Source of the DNA: Candidatus Karelsulcia muelleri PSPU
GTDB taxonomy: Bacteria; Bacteroidota; Bacteroidia; Flavobacteriales; Blattabacteriaceae
Length of the DNA: 32,000 nucleotides
Assembly (NCBI RefSeq): GCF_000829155.1
Contig: NZ_AP013293.1
Span: 120,001-152,000, forward strand
Direction: 5' to 3'
Position numbers and translations under genes: made by a program. Below are positions 9,773 to 20,367 of the stretch, piece by piece. The notes below the pieces were generated by a model. That model worked only from the letters and a program-made list of their open reading frames with translations. It was not told where the DNA came from and did no database searches. Numbering within the stretch: the first letter of the stretch is position 1; each line of letters starts with the position of its first letter.

Positions 9773-11129
9773 TGATACTATAGTAGCTATAGCTACTCCT
9801 AGTGGATATGGAGCAATTGCTGTTATACGTATTTCAGGGGTAAATTCTATAAAAATTTTAAAAAAAATATTTTTATCTTTTTCAGGAAAAAAAAAATTAT
9901 CTGAAAAAAGATCAATAAATTTAGGATATATAAAATACAAAAATAAAATTATTGATAAGGTTTTAATTTTTATATTTAAAAAACCAAAATCATATACTGG
10001 AGAAGATATAGTAGAAATATCTTGTCATGGATCTATTTACATACAAAATAAATTATTGGCAATAATTATTGACCAAGGAGCCAGATTAGCCAATCCTGGA
10101 GAATTTACTTTACGTGCTTTTCTTAATGGAAAGATAGATCTTTGTCAAGCGGAATCAATATTAGATATTGTTAATTCAGAAACAGATTTTTCTCATGAAT
10201 TTGCGATTAATCAAATGCGTGGAAATATTTCAAATTTAATTAAAAATTTAAGAAAAAAATTGATATATTTTTTATCATTAATAGAATTTGAACTAGATTT
10301 TTCTGAAGAAAATTATAATATAATAAATTATTTAGAATTTAAAAAATTATTAGATAATATAATAAAAAAATTAAAAGATTTAATAAAATCATTTAAAATA
10401 GGAAATGCTTTAAAAAATGGCATATCAGTATCTATAATAGGATGTCCTAATGTAGGTAAATCAACTTTATTTAATAAATTATTGAAATATGAAAGATCAA
10501 TAGTATCTAATATTGCAGGAACAACTAGAAATTATATAGAAGATAGTTTAATTATAAATGGAATAAAATATCGTTTTATAGATACAGCAGGTATAAATAA
10601 TAAGACAAAAAATTATATTGAAAAATTAGGTATAAAAAAAACATATAGTAATATTAAAAAATCTGATATTATATTATATGTATTTGATAATTTTAATAAA
10701 AAAATGATTTATAATAAAAAAAAAAAATTACAAAAAGAATATCCTCATAAAAAAATATTTATTATAATAAATAAATATGATTTAATCAAACAAAAACAAA
10801 TTATTAATTATAAAAATATAATTAATATATCTGCTAAATATGGATATGGAATTAATAAATTATTATATAAAATAACTAATTTTTATAAAAAAATGATTAA
10901 TTTAAAAAAAAATTCAATAGTAATAACTCAAACAAGACATTACGAATCTTTTAAAGAAGCAGTTTTTTATTTATCTAAAGTCAAAGAAAATTTGGAAAAA
11001 AAAATTTTTCCAGAATTTTTATCGATAGATATACGTACAGCTTTAGATTATTTAGGTAAAGTAACTGGTGAAGTAACTAATGAAGAGATATTATCAAATA
11101 TTTTTTCTAAATTTTGTATTGGAAAATAA
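9759..11129 (+). CDS. mnmE: tRNA modification GTPase MnmE; the ORF track start is 9732, but the ATG at 9759 gives a canonical N-terminus
   Basis: [49 protein letters not shown]-domain [34 protein letters not shown]-terminal FCIGK. Confidence 0.95.
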   Translation: MLKNNDTIVAIATPSGYGAIAVIRISGVNSIKILKKIFLSFSGKKKLSEKRSINLGYIKYKNKIIDKVLIFIFKKPKSYTGEDIVEISCHGSIYIQNKLLAIIIDQGARLANPGEFTLRAFLNGKIDLCQAESILDIVNSETDFSHEFAINQMRGNISNLIKNLRKKLIYFLSLIEFELDFSEENYNIINYLEFKKLLDNIIKKLKDLIKSFKIGNALKNGISVSIIGCPNVGKSTLFNKLLKYERSIVSNIAGTTRNYIEDSLIINGIKYRFIDTAGINNKTKNYIEKLGIKKTYSNIKKSDIILYVFDNFNKKMIYNKKKKLQKEYPHKKIFIIINKYDLIKQKQIINYKNIINISAKYGYGINKLLYKITNFYKKMINLKKNSIVITQTRHYESFKEAVFYLSKVKENLEKKIFPEFLSIDIRTALDYLGKVTGEVTNEEILSNIFSKFCIGK

Positions 11130-11134
11130 TAAAT

Positions 11135-13246
11135 ATGAAATATTTAAGTATTCTTAATAAAACTCAATATAAAGCTGTAACTACTATAGATAGACCTACT
11201 ATGGTAATAGCAGGAGCTGGATCAGGGAAAACTCGTGTACTTATATATCGTTTAATTCATTTAATTAAATCTGGTGTTAAAAGTCGAAATATTTTAGCAT
11301 TAACTTTTACTAAAAAATCTGCAAATGAAATGAAATATAGGCTTTCCTCTTTAATTGATAAAAATGAATTAGACCAGATTTATATAGGTACGTTTCATTC
11401 AATTTTTGCCAAACTTCTTAGAAAGAATAGTGATTTAATTGGATATAAAAAGAATTATATTATATATGATAGATATGATTCTGAAAAGATTATAAAAAAA
11501 ATAATAAAAAATCTTAATTTAGATAAAAAAATTTATAGATCCAAATATTTATTGGATAAAATATCTATGATTAAAAATCATTATTTTAATGAAAGAAATT
11601 TATATATAACTAATATATATGCTAATTATAAAAAATATTGTTATCAAAATGGAATAATGGATTTTGATGATATATTATTATATACTAATATATTATTTAA
11701 TAAAAATCCTGAGATTCTTAAGAAATATCAAGAATATTTTAAATATATATTAATTGATGAATATCAAGATACAAATTATTCTCAATATAGAATAATAAAA
11801 TTATTATCATTAAAACATAATAATATTTTTGTTGTTGGAGATGATTCTCAAAGTATATATTCATTTCGTGGAGCGAATATTAATAATATTTTAAATTTTA
11901 AAAAAGATTATAAAAATGCGGTTATTATTAGGTTAGAACAAAATTATAGGTCTACGAAATATATTGTAGATGTATCTAATCAGATTATTTCTTTAAATAA
12001 AAGAAAAATTGATAAAAAATTATGGACAAATAATAAAATTGGAAAAAAAATTAAACTATATAAAGCCTTTTCTTCTTTTGAAGAAAGTGATTTTGTAGCC
12101 AATACAATAGATCAATTAAAAAAAAAAAAAAAATTAAAATATAGTGATTTTGGTGTTTTATATCGTACAAATGCACAATCTAGATCTTTAGAAGAGAGTT
12201 TTATTAAAAAAAAAATACCATATAATATTTATGGAAGTATTTCATTTTATAAACGAAAAGAAATTAAAGATTTAATAGCATACTTTCGTTTAATAGTTAA
12301 TATTAATGATGAAGAATCTTTAATTAGGATTATTAATTATCCTAAAAGAGGAATTGGAGAGGTAACTTTAAAAAAAATATTTTTTTTATCAAAACAAAAT
12401 GATAAAAGAATATTTGAAATATTAAAAAATATTAATAATTATAAGTCTATTATTAATAGAGACCAAAAAATATTAGATAATATCTCTAATTTTTGTAATA
12501 AAATATTATTTTTTAATAAAAGATTAGATGAAGATGCATTTATTCTTTCTAAAGAAATATCTGAATCCTTTGGATTGTTAGAAGAAATAAAAAAAGATAA
12601 AATTAAACAAGGAATAGATAATGTTGAAGAATTTTTGAATAGTATTTCTACTTTTGTAGAAGATAAAAAAAAAATAAAAAATGAAGAAATTTCTCTAAAT
12701 GCATATTTAGAAAGTCTCTATTTAGATTTAGATTTAGATTATAAATTTAATAATTTAACTAAAGAAAGTGTTTCTCTGATGACTATTCATCTATCTAAAG
12801 GATTAGAATTTCCAATAATATTTATTATAGGTCTAGAAGAGAAGATATTTCCATCTATATTAAGTATTTCATCTCAATTGGAAATTGAAGAAGAAAGACG
12901 TTTATTTTATGTAGCATTAACACGTGCTAAAGAAGATATTTTTTTAACTTTTTCTAAAAATAGATATAAATGGGGTAAAATAGTACCTACTATATGTAGT
13001 AGGTTTGTTAAAGAAATAGATAAAAAATATATAAAATATATAAAAAATGATTTAAATCATAAAAAATTTGATGATACCTCATTATTAGGATCATATACAA
13101 ATAATTTAAAAGAAGGTATGATTGTATATAGTAATTCCTTTGGAAGAGGAAAAATAATTAAAATAGAAGGTCAAATTATTACTGTATATTTTAATAATAT
13201 AGGTGAAAAAAAAATATTAAATACTAAATTAAAAATTATATATTAA
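11135..13246 (+). CDS. uvrD: UvrD/PcrA-type superfamily 1 DNA helicase; ORF track start is 11114, likely start is ATG 11135
   Basis: LNKTQYKAVTTIDRPTMVIAGAGSGKTRVL, LALTFTKKSANEM, IDEYQDTN, GDDSQSIYSFRGA, LEQNYRST, VSLMTIHLSKGLEFPIIF, EEERRLFYVALTRAK. Confidence 0.95.
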   Translation: MKYLSILNKTQYKAVTTIDRPTMVIAGAGSGKTRVLIYRLIHLIKSGVKSRNILALTFTKKSANEMKYRLSSLIDKNELDQIYIGTFHSIFAKLLRKNSDLIGYKKNYIIYDRYDSEKIIKKIIKNLNLDKKIYRSKYLLDKISMIKNHYFNERNLYITNIYANYKKYCYQNGIMDFDDILLYTNILFNKNPEILKKYQEYFKYILIDEYQDTNYSQYRIIKLLSLKHNNIFVVGDDSQSIYSFRGANINNILNFKKDYKNAVIIRLEQNYRSTKYIVDVSNQIISLNKRKIDKKLWTNNKIGKKIKLYKAFSSFEESDFVANTIDQLKKKKKLKYSDFGVLYRTNAQSRSLEESFIKKKIPYNIYGSISFYKRKEIKDLIAYFRLIVNINDEESLIRIINYPKRGIGEVTLKKIFFLSKQNDKRIFEILKNINNYKSIINRDQKILDNISNFCNKILFFNKRLDEDAFILSKEISESFGLLEEIKKDKIKQGIDNVEEFLNSISTFVEDKKKIKNEEISLNAYLESLYLDLDLDYKFNNLTKESVSLMTIHLSKGLEFPIIFIIGLEEKIFPSILSISSQLEIEEERRLFYVALTRAKEDIFLTFSKNRYKWGKIVPTICSRFVKEIDKKYIKYIKNDLNHKKFDDTSLLGSYTNNLKEGMIVYSNSFGRGKIIKIEGQIITVYFNNIGEKKILNTKLKIIY

Positions 13247-13257
13247 TAAATGGGTAT

Positions 13258-13332
13258 GGGTGATTAGCTCAGTTGGTTAAGAGTATCTGCCTTACAAGCA
13301 GAGGGTCACTGGTTCAAATCCAGTATCACCCA
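13258..13332 (+). tRNA. tRNA-Val (anticodon TAC)
   Basis: Acceptor GGGTGAT pairs with ATCACCC, anticodon stem-loop TCTGC-CTTACAA-GCAGA, T-arm CTGGTTCAAATCCAG. CCA is not encoded. Confidence 0.96.
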
Positions 13333-13376
13333 CTTTTTAAGAAGTATTTAAATTAAAAATATTCTATTTTTTTATT

Positions 13377-16300
13377 ATGTATATAATATTCGATACAGAA
13401 ACTACAGGATTACCTAAAGATTATAATGCACCAATAAATAATATTATTAATTGGCCTCGTTTAGTAAAAATATCATGGGGATTATATGATGAAAAATTAA
13501 AATTAATAGAACTTAAAGATTATATAATTAAACCAGAAGGTTATGAGATTCCTTTTATATCAACTAAAATACATGGTATAAGTACAAAAGATGCAATTGA
13601 AAAAGGATATAAAATAAATTATGTATTAAAAAAATTTAATAAAATTATTAATAAATATAATTTTTTTATTGGTCATAATGTTTTTTTTGATATAAAAATA
13701 ATATGTGCAGAATTTTTTAGAATTAAAAAAAAAAATTTTTTATATAAAAAAAAAATTATTGATACTAAAGAAAAATCTATTAATTATTGTGCTATTAAAA
13801 TTGGAAAAGACAAATTAAAATGGCCTACACTTACAGAACTTTATAAAAAATTATTTAATGATACATTTATTGCTCATGATTCTAAATCAGATGTATTAGC
13901 AACTTCAAAATGTTTTTTTGAATTATTACGTATTGGAATAATATCACTTAATAATATTAATAAAAAATTATTAATTAATAAAATTAATTTATTAAAATTA
14001 AATAAAATTAATAATTTAAAATTAAAAATTAATAATTTTAATATTAAAAATAATAATTTTAATACAAAATATTTTTCACATATTCATAATCATACTTCTT
14101 TTTCAATACTGTCTTCAACAATTGATATTAATTCTTTAATTAAAAAAACTATAGAATATAATATGGATGCTGTGGGAATAACTGATTATGGTAATATGAT
14201 GGGAGTTTTTAATTTTATTAAAAAAATAAAAAATTTAAATTATAATAATAAAAAAATTAAGCCAATTATAGGATGTGAATTATTTATTTCATATAATTAT
14301 TTAATAAAAAAATTTACTAAAAAAAATCCGGATAAAATATATCATCAAGTATTTTTTGCTAAAAATAAAAATGGTTATAATAACTTATCAAAATTATGTT
14401 CTCATGGATTTATAGATGGATATTATTCAGGAATTCCTAGAATTGGAAAAAATTTAATTGAAAAATATAAGGAAAATTTAATAGCAATTAGTGGAGATTT
14501 AAATTCTGAAATACCATTTACTATTTTAAATAAAGGTGAAAATGAGGCAGAGAAAGTATTTAAATGGTGGCATAATTTATTTGGAGACGATTTTTATATA
14601 GAAATATTAAGGCATGGTTTAGAAGAAGAAGATCATGTAAATAAAATTCTGTTAAAATTTTCAAAAAAATATAATGTAAAATTTATTGCACAAAATAATA
14701 ATTTTTATATTTCTAAAAAAGATTATAATGCACATGATATTTTATTATGTGTAAAAAATAGTCAAAAGCAATCTACTCCTATAGGAAAAGGTAAAGGATT
14801 TCGTTTTGGATTTCCCAATAAAGAATTTTATTTTAAAAATAAGTTTCAAATGTATAATCTGTTTTCAGATTTGCCTGAAGCCTTTTCTAATTTAAAAGAA
14901 TTAATAGAAAAAGTAGAATTTTATGATATTTCAAATAAAATTTTATTACCAAAATTTAATATACCCAATAAATGGATAAAAAAAAATTGTAAAGATTATG
15001 ATAAAAATAATGAAAATGAATATTTAAGATTTTTAACCTATAAAGGAGCTAAAAAAAAATATATAGATATAAATGATATAATTAAAAAAAAAATTGAATT
15101 TGAACTTGAAACTATTAAAAAAATAGGATATCCAGGATACTTTCTTATAGTACAAGATTTTATTTTTAAAGCAAAAAATATAGGTATTGAAGTAGGACCT
15201 GGAAGAGGTTCTGTTGCTGGATCTGTTGTTGCTTATTGTTTAGGTATAACTAATATAGATCCAATAAAATATAATCTTCTTTTTGAAAGATTTTTAAATC
15301 CTGATCGTGTTTCTCTACCTGATATTGATATTGATTTTGATGATAAAGGTCGTGAAAAAATAATTGAATGGGTAGTGAATAAATATGGAAAAAATAAAGT
15401 TGCTCAAATAATAACATATGGAAAAATGGGAGCCAAATCTTCAATAAGAGATACTGCTCGTGTATTGAATCTTCCTTTATTAGAAACAAACAAAATTGCA
15501 AAAATTGTACCTAATATATCTCTAAAAGATATAATAAAAAAAAATATTAAATCTTTAAAAGAAATTTTAAATAATGAAGAATTAGAAAATGTAATAAAAT
15601 TAAAAAAAATTTTTAAAAAAAAAAATACTTTACAGTCTAAAATACTTAAACAAGCTATGGTAATTGAAGGTTCTGTTAGAAATACTGGAATTCATGCATG
15701 TGGCATTATAATTACACCTTCAGATATTAAAGACTATATACCTGTATCGACAACAAAAGATTCTAATTTTTTATTAACTCAATTTGATAATGAGGTTGTA
15801 GAAAAAGTAGGTCTATTAAAAATGGATTTTTTAGGGTTAAAAACGCTTACTATAATTAAAGAAACATTATATCTAATTTCTAATTTAAAATTAGAAAATA
15901 TACCTCTTGATGATGTTAAAACATATGAATTATTTCAAAAGGGAGAAACAGTTGCTGTTTTTCAATATGAATCTCCTGGTATGCAAAAATATCTTATACA
16001 ATTAAAACCAGATAAATTTTATGATTTAATAGCTATGAATGCTTTATATCGTCCTGGACCTATGCAGTATATTCCTAATTTTATAGCACGTAAACATGGA
16101 CTTGAAAAAATATCTTATGATCTTCCTGAGCTTAAGGAATTTTTAGAAGAAACTTATGGAATTACAGTTTATCAAGAACAAGTTATGTTGATCTCACAAA
16201 AAATATCTGGATTTAGTAAAGGAGATGCAGATTTTTTAAGAAAAGCTATAGGAAAAAAAGATAAAAAAATATTATTTAAAATTAAAAATAAATTTATTTA

Positions 16301-17597
16301 TGGTGGTCTAAAAAATTTTTTTTCAATAAAGATTTTAGAAAAAATCTGGAAAGATTGGAAAGCTTTTGCTTCATATGCTTTTAATAAATCTCATTCTACA
16401 TGTTATTCATATATAGCTTTTCAAACAGCATATTTAAAAAAACATTATCCAGCTGAATATATGGCTTCAGTATTAAGCAATAATATGCAAAAAATAAAAA
16501 ATGTCACTTTTTTTATTGAAGAATGTAAACGTATTGGAGTAATAGTACTTGGACCAGATATAAATGAAAGCAATTATAAATTTACTGTTAATAAAATGGG
16601 ATATATTCGTTTTGGTTTGGGTGCTATTAAAGGAATAGGAGAATCTTCTGTTAATTCTCTTCTTAAAGAAAGAAAAAATAGATATAATTCTATATTATAC
16701 TTAATTAAAAATGTTGATTTACGTTTAGTTAATAAAAAAGTTTTAGAAAATTTAGTTTTATCAGGAGCTTTTGATAATTTAAACAATATACATAGATATC
16801 AATATTTCTATGAAGAAAATGGATCAAATATGATAGAAAAAATGATAAAATTTGGGGTAAAATATAAAAAATTAAAAAAAAATGTTAAAAAGACCCTTTT
16901 TAGTTCTGTTAAAGATATAGAAATATTAGAACCCAAATTTAAAATTTGTAAAGAATGGAATAATTTTTATAAATTAAATAAAGAAAAAGAAGTAATAGGA
17001 ATGTATATGACTTATAATCCATTAAATGAATATAATTATGAAATAAAAAATTTTACTAATGCTTCATTATATTCTTTAAATAAGAATATAGAAAAAAATA
17101 TTGGTAAAATATTAAATATATGTGGCATAATATCTAAATCAATACATAGAATATCAAATAATAAAAAATATCTAATCTTTAATTTAGAAGATGATAAATA
17201 TAATAAAGAATTTAAACTTTTTAAAAAAGATTATGAAAAATATAAAAATTATATATATGATAATAATCTCATATATATGAGTATTTATATTAAAAAATAT
17301 AAAAGAATTTATATTAAAATATTAAAAATTTTAAATATTAATAAAGTTATAAAACTCTTATCTAAGAGTATAAATATTGTTATAGATATTAATTATTTAA
17401 ATGATGATTTAATAAAAAATTTAAAAAAAATAATCTTTAATAATTTAGGAAGTAAAATATTTTATATTACAGTTTATGATAAAAAAAAAAATTTATATAT
17501 AAAATATATATCAAATAATTATTTTATTAATATAAATCATCATTTGTTAGAAACCCTTAGTAAGGTATATAAAATTAATTTTCAATTAAATACTTAA
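13377..17597 (+). CDS. dnaE: DNA polymerase III alpha subunit with a fused N-terminal DEDDh (DnaQ-like) 3'-5' exonuclease domain
   Basis: N-terminus FDTETTGLPKDYNAPINNIINWPR...IGHNVFFD...FIAHDSKSDVLAT, then PHP HIHNHTSFSILSSTI, polymerase PGRGSVAGSVVAYCLGIT, PDIDIDFDDKGR, FNKSHSTCYSYIAFQTAYLKKHYPAEYMA, and a C-terminal OB region. Confidence 0.96.
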   Translation: MYIIFDTETTGLPKDYNAPINNIINWPRLVKISWGLYDEKLKLIELKDYIIKPEGYEIPFISTKIHGISTKDAIEKGYKINYVLKKFNKIINKYNFFIGHNVFFDIKIICAEFFRIKKKNFLYKKKIIDTKEKSINYCAIKIGKDKLKWPTLTELYKKLFNDTFIAHDSKSDVLATSKCFFELLRIGIISLNNINKKLLINKINLLKLNKINNLKLKINNFNIKNNNFNTKYFSHIHNHTSFSILSSTIDINSLIKKTIEYNMDAVGITDYGNMMGVFNFIKKIKNLNYNNKKIKPIIGCELFISYNYLIKKFTKKNPDKIYHQVFFAKNKNGYNNLSKLCSHGFIDGYYSGIPRIGKNLIEKYKENLIAISGDLNSEIPFTILNKGENEAEKVFKWWHNLFGDDFYIEILRHGLEEEDHVNKILLKFSKKYNVKFIAQNNNFYISKKDYNAHDILLCVKNSQKQSTPIGKGKGFRFGFPNKEFYFKNKFQMYNLFSDLPEAFSNLKELIEKVEFYDISNKILLPKFNIPNKWIKKNCKDYDKNNENEYLRFLTYKGAKKKYIDINDIIKKKIEFELETIKKIGYPGYFLIVQDFIFKAKNIGIEVGPGRGSVAGSVVAYCLGITNIDPIKYNLLFERFLNPDRVSLPDIDIDFDDKGREKIIEWVVNKYGKNKVAQIITYGKMGAKSSIRDTARVLNLPLLETNKIAKIVPNISLKDIIKKNIKSLKEILNNEELENVIKLKKIFKKKNTLQSKILKQAMVIEGSVRNTGIHACGIIITPSDIKDYIPVSTTKDSNFLLTQFDNEVVEKVGLLKMDFLGLKTLTIIKETLYLISNLKLENIPLDDVKTYELFQKGETVAVFQYESPGMQKYLIQLKPDKFYDLIAMNALYRPGPMQYIPNFIARKHGLEKISYDLPELKEFLEETYGITVYQEQVMLISQKISGFSKGDADFLRKAIGKKDKKILFKIKNKFIYGGLKNFFSIKILEKIWKDWKAFASYAFNKSHSTCYSYIAFQTAYLKKHYPAEYMASVLSNNMQKIKNVTFFIEECKRIGVIVLGPDINESNYKFTVNKMGYIRFGLGAIKGIGESSVNSLLKERKNRYNSILYLIKNVDLRLVNKKVLENLVLSGAFDNLNNIHRYQYFYEENGSNMIEKMIKFGVKYKKLKKNVKKTLFSSVKDIEILEPKFKICKEWNNFYKLNKEKEVIGMYMTYNPLNEYNYEIKNFTNASLYSLNKNIEKNIGKILNICGIISKSIHRISNNKKYLIFNLEDDKYNKEFKLFKKDYEKYKNYIYDNNLIYMSIYIKKYKRIYIKILKILNINKVIKLLSKSINIVIDINYLNDDLIKNLKKIIFNNLGSKIFYITVYDKKKNLYIKYISNNYFININHHLLETLSKVYKINFQLNT

Positions 17598-17639
17598 TTA
17601 TTTTTTTATACTGTGTAAACACGATGATTTTTAGAATAA

Positions 17640-19394
17640 ATGAAAATAACAGTTAGAATAGCTAATATTGATGATAAAAAGTACGCTTATCTTATATGTA
17701 AAGAGATAGAATCTTCTGCTAAAGTTAGAGGAACTGGTATCTCAAAAAGAGATCCTGAATATATTAAAAAAAAAATGGTTGATGGATTTTCTGTTATAGC
17801 CTTTTTTAATGGTAATTTAGCAGGATTTAGTTACTTTGAAATATTTGAAAAAAAAAAATTTTTATCTAATTCTGGACTTATCGTATTTCCTAAATATAGA
17901 TTACACGGATTAGCTAAAATGATAAAATTAGAAATTTTTAAATTATCAAAAAATAAATTTCCTAAATCAAAAATATTTAGTATTACTACTAGTCCTGCAG
18001 TAATAAAGATTAATACAGATTTAGGTTTTAATCCTGTATTATTTAGTTATTTAACTAAATCTAAAAAATTTTGGAAAGGATGTAAAAGTTGTACTAATTA
18101 TGATATTCTTATTAGAAATAAGAAAAAAATGTGTTTATGTACAGGATTATTATATGATCCTAAAAAAAAAAATTTTAATTTAAAAAAAAATTATTTATAT
18201 AAAGGAGATACAATTTTATTAGCATATAGTGGTGGATTAGATACTTCATTTTGTTTAAAATATTTAATTAATGAAGGATATAAAGTAATAACTATTATAA
18301 TTAATACTGGAGGATTTAATAATAAAGATATTGAATCTATTGAAAATAAAGCTATAAATATAGGAGCTTTATATCATTATTCTATAAATGCTAAAGAATA
18401 TTTTTATTATAAATGTATAAAATATTTAGTATATGGAAATATACTTAAAAATAATACATATCCTTTATCTGTTAGTTCCGAAAGATTTTTTCAAGCAATT
18501 TTAATTGCCGAATATGCTAAAAAATTAAAAGTAAAAGCTATATCTCATGGAAGTACAGGAGCAGGAAATGATCAAGTTAGATTTGATTTAGCATTTCAAA
18601 TTTTATGTCCTGATAAAATTATAGTTACCCCAATAAGAGATATTAAATTATCTAGAAAAGAGGAAGTTAATTTTTTAAAAAGTAAAGGCATAAAAATTTC
18701 TTGGAAAAAAGCTAAATATTCTATTAATAAAGGAATTTGGGGAACTAGTATAGGAGGTGAAGAAACATTAAAATCATCAACATCATTACCTGAAAAAGCT
18801 TATCCTACCAAATTATCTGAATATTCTAAATTCTATCTAGAATTAGAATTTAAAAAAGGAGAATTATTATATATTAATAATATTAAAGATTTACAAATAA
18901 ACAATATTATAAAACTTGAAAAGTTATCGTCTAAATTTGCTATAGGTAGAGATATCCATGTAGGAGATACTATACTTGGAATAAAGGGGAGAGTAGGATT
19001 TGAAGCGTCTGCTGCTTTATTAATAATAAAAGCACATCAACTTTTAGAAAAACATATTTTAACTAAATGGCAAATATATTGGAAAGAGCAGTTATCTAAT
19101 TGGTATGGAAATTTATTACATGAAGCACAATATTTAGATCCAATTATGCGTGATATAGAGTGTTTTTTTACAAATACTCAAAAACGAGTAAGTGGAAAAG
19201 TAAAGATATTATTAAATCCATATATATTTAAATTAATAGGTATTAAATCAAAATTTGATATGATGAAATCTAATATTGCTAAATATGGTGAAATTAATAA
19301 TGAGTGGACTAGTGATGAGGTTAAAGGATTTATTAAAATTTTTGGGAATCAAATGAAAATTTATCATAATATAAAAAAAAATTATATATCATAA
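17640..19394 (+). CDS. argG: Fusion protein: N-terminal GNAT acetyltransferase (NAGS-like family found next to argG in Bacteroidota) + C-terminal argininosuccinate synthase
   Basis: GNAT part about 17640-18160: SSAKVRGTGISKRDPEYIKKKM, SGLIVFPKYRLHGLAKMIK, KFWKGCKSCTNY, MCLCTGLLYDP. ArgG part from about 18204: TILLAYSGGLDTSFCLKYL, SHGSTGAGNDQVRFDLAFQ, SINKGIWGTSIGGEE, GRDIHVGDTILGIKGRVGFEA. Confidence 0.93.
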   Translation: MKITVRIANIDDKKYAYLICKEIESSAKVRGTGISKRDPEYIKKKMVDGFSVIAFFNGNLAGFSYFEIFEKKKFLSNSGLIVFPKYRLHGLAKMIKLEIFKLSKNKFPKSKIFSITTSPAVIKINTDLGFNPVLFSYLTKSKKFWKGCKSCTNYDILIRNKKKMCLCTGLLYDPKKKNFNLKKNYLYKGDTILLAYSGGLDTSFCLKYLINEGYKVITIIINTGGFNNKDIESIENKAINIGALYHYSINAKEYFYYKCIKYLVYGNILKNNTYPLSVSSERFFQAILIAEYAKKLKVKAISHGSTGAGNDQVRFDLAFQILCPDKIIVTPIRDIKLSRKEEVNFLKSKGIKISWKKAKYSINKGIWGTSIGGEETLKSSTSLPEKAYPTKLSEYSKFYLELEFKKGELLYINNIKDLQINNIIKLEKLSSKFAIGRDIHVGDTILGIKGRVGFEASAALLIIKAHQLLEKHILTKWQIYWKEQLSNWYGNLLHEAQYLDPIMRDIECFFTNTQKRVSGKVKILLNPYIFKLIGIKSKFDMMKSNIAKYGEINNEWTSDEVKGFIKIFGNQMKIYHNIKKNYIS

Positions 19395-19395
19395 T

Positions 19396-20367
19396 ATGAT
19401 TAATATAGGAATTATTGGTGGTGCTGGATATACTGCAAATGAATTAATTAAAATTCTTATTAATCATCCAAAAGTTAAAATAAAAAATATAGTAAGTACT
19501 ACTTATCCAGGTATTCCTATAGAAAATATACATAAAGATATTATAGGTGAAATTAATAAACTATTTAGTAGTGAAATTACTGATGATATTGACTTATTAT
19601 TTCTTTGTATAGGTCATGGACATTCAAAAAAAATATTAAATAATATTTCTTCTAAAATTAATGTAATTGATTTGAGTAATGATTTTAGAATAAATAAAAA
19701 TTCTATTTTTAAAAATAGAATTTTTAAGTATGGTTTACCTGAATTAAATAAAAATATTATAAAAAAATCTAATAATATTGCTAATCCAGGCTGTTTTTCC
19801 ACAGCTATACAATTATCAATATTACCTCTTGCAAAAAAAAATTTATTAAAAACTAATATACATATTAGTGCTATAACTGGATCTACTGGTGCAGGTCGAA
19901 TGAATAATGATAACTTAAATTTTAGTTTTAGAAATAATAATATATCAACATATAATTTATTTAATCATAAACATATAAATGAAGTGAGACAAACTATAAA
20001 TAAATTACAAAAGAAATATTATGGAAAAATATATTTTATACCATATAGAGGATGTTTTTCTAGAGGAATAATATCAACGTTATATACTAATATAGAAATT
20101 TCATTTGATGAAATAAAAAAAATATATTATAATTTTTATAAAAAAAATCCTTTTATTTTTATATCTGAAAAAGAAATACATTTAAAACAAGTTATAAATA
20201 CCAATAAATGTATATTACATTTGAATTATAATAAAAATAAACTAATAATAACTAGTATAATTGATAATCTTATAAAAGGAGCTTCAGGACAAGCTGTTCA
20301 AAATATGAATATTATGTATAATTTTGAAGAAACCTGTGGTTTAAAATTAAAACCTATGGGTTTATAA
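19396..20367 (+). CDS. argC: N-acetyl(acyl)-gamma-glutamyl-phosphate reductase
   Basis: GIIGGAGYTANELIKILINHPKV, DLSNDFRI, YGLPELN, IANPGCFSTAIQLSILPL, GSTGAGR, HKHINEVRQ, VPYRG-like IPYRGCFSRG, VKGASGQAVQNMN-like IKGASGQAVQNMN. Confidence 0.95.
   Translation: MINIGIIGGAGYTANELIKILINHPKVKIKNIVSTTYPGIPIENIHKDIIGEINKLFSSEITDDIDLLFLCIGHGHSKKILNNISSKINVIDLSNDFRINKNSIFKNRIFKYGLPELNKNIIKKSNNIANPGCFSTAIQLSILPLAKKNLLKTNIHISAITGSTGAGRMNNDNLNFSFRNNNISTYNLFNHKHINEVRQTINKLQKKYYGKIYFIPYRGCFSRGIISTLYTNIEISFDEIKKIYYNFYKKNPFIFISEKEIHLKQVINTNKCILHLNYNKNKLIITSIIDNLIKGASGQAVQNMNIMYNFEETCGLKLKPMGL

Noticed and set aside
9728-9940. Minus-strand ORF of 70 aa ending in [12 protein letters not shown]
   Set aside because: Caused by the reverse strand of the 9-bp repeat and antisense mnmE; not a real repeat protein.
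13377-14080. Exonuclease-DnaE fusion as a possible novel architecture
   Set aside because: The N-terminus (FDTETTGLPK...WPR) matches what I recall as the standard Bacteroidota DnaE architecture, so I do not claim novelty; only the PHP substitutions are flagged.
15250-16786. Minus-strand ORFs at 15250-15501 and 16574-16786 antisense to dnaE
   Set aside because: Inside the conserved polymerase domain frame; no motifs.
19614-19802. Minus-strand ORF of 62 aa antisense to argC
   Set aside because: Fully inside argC; AT-composition artefact.
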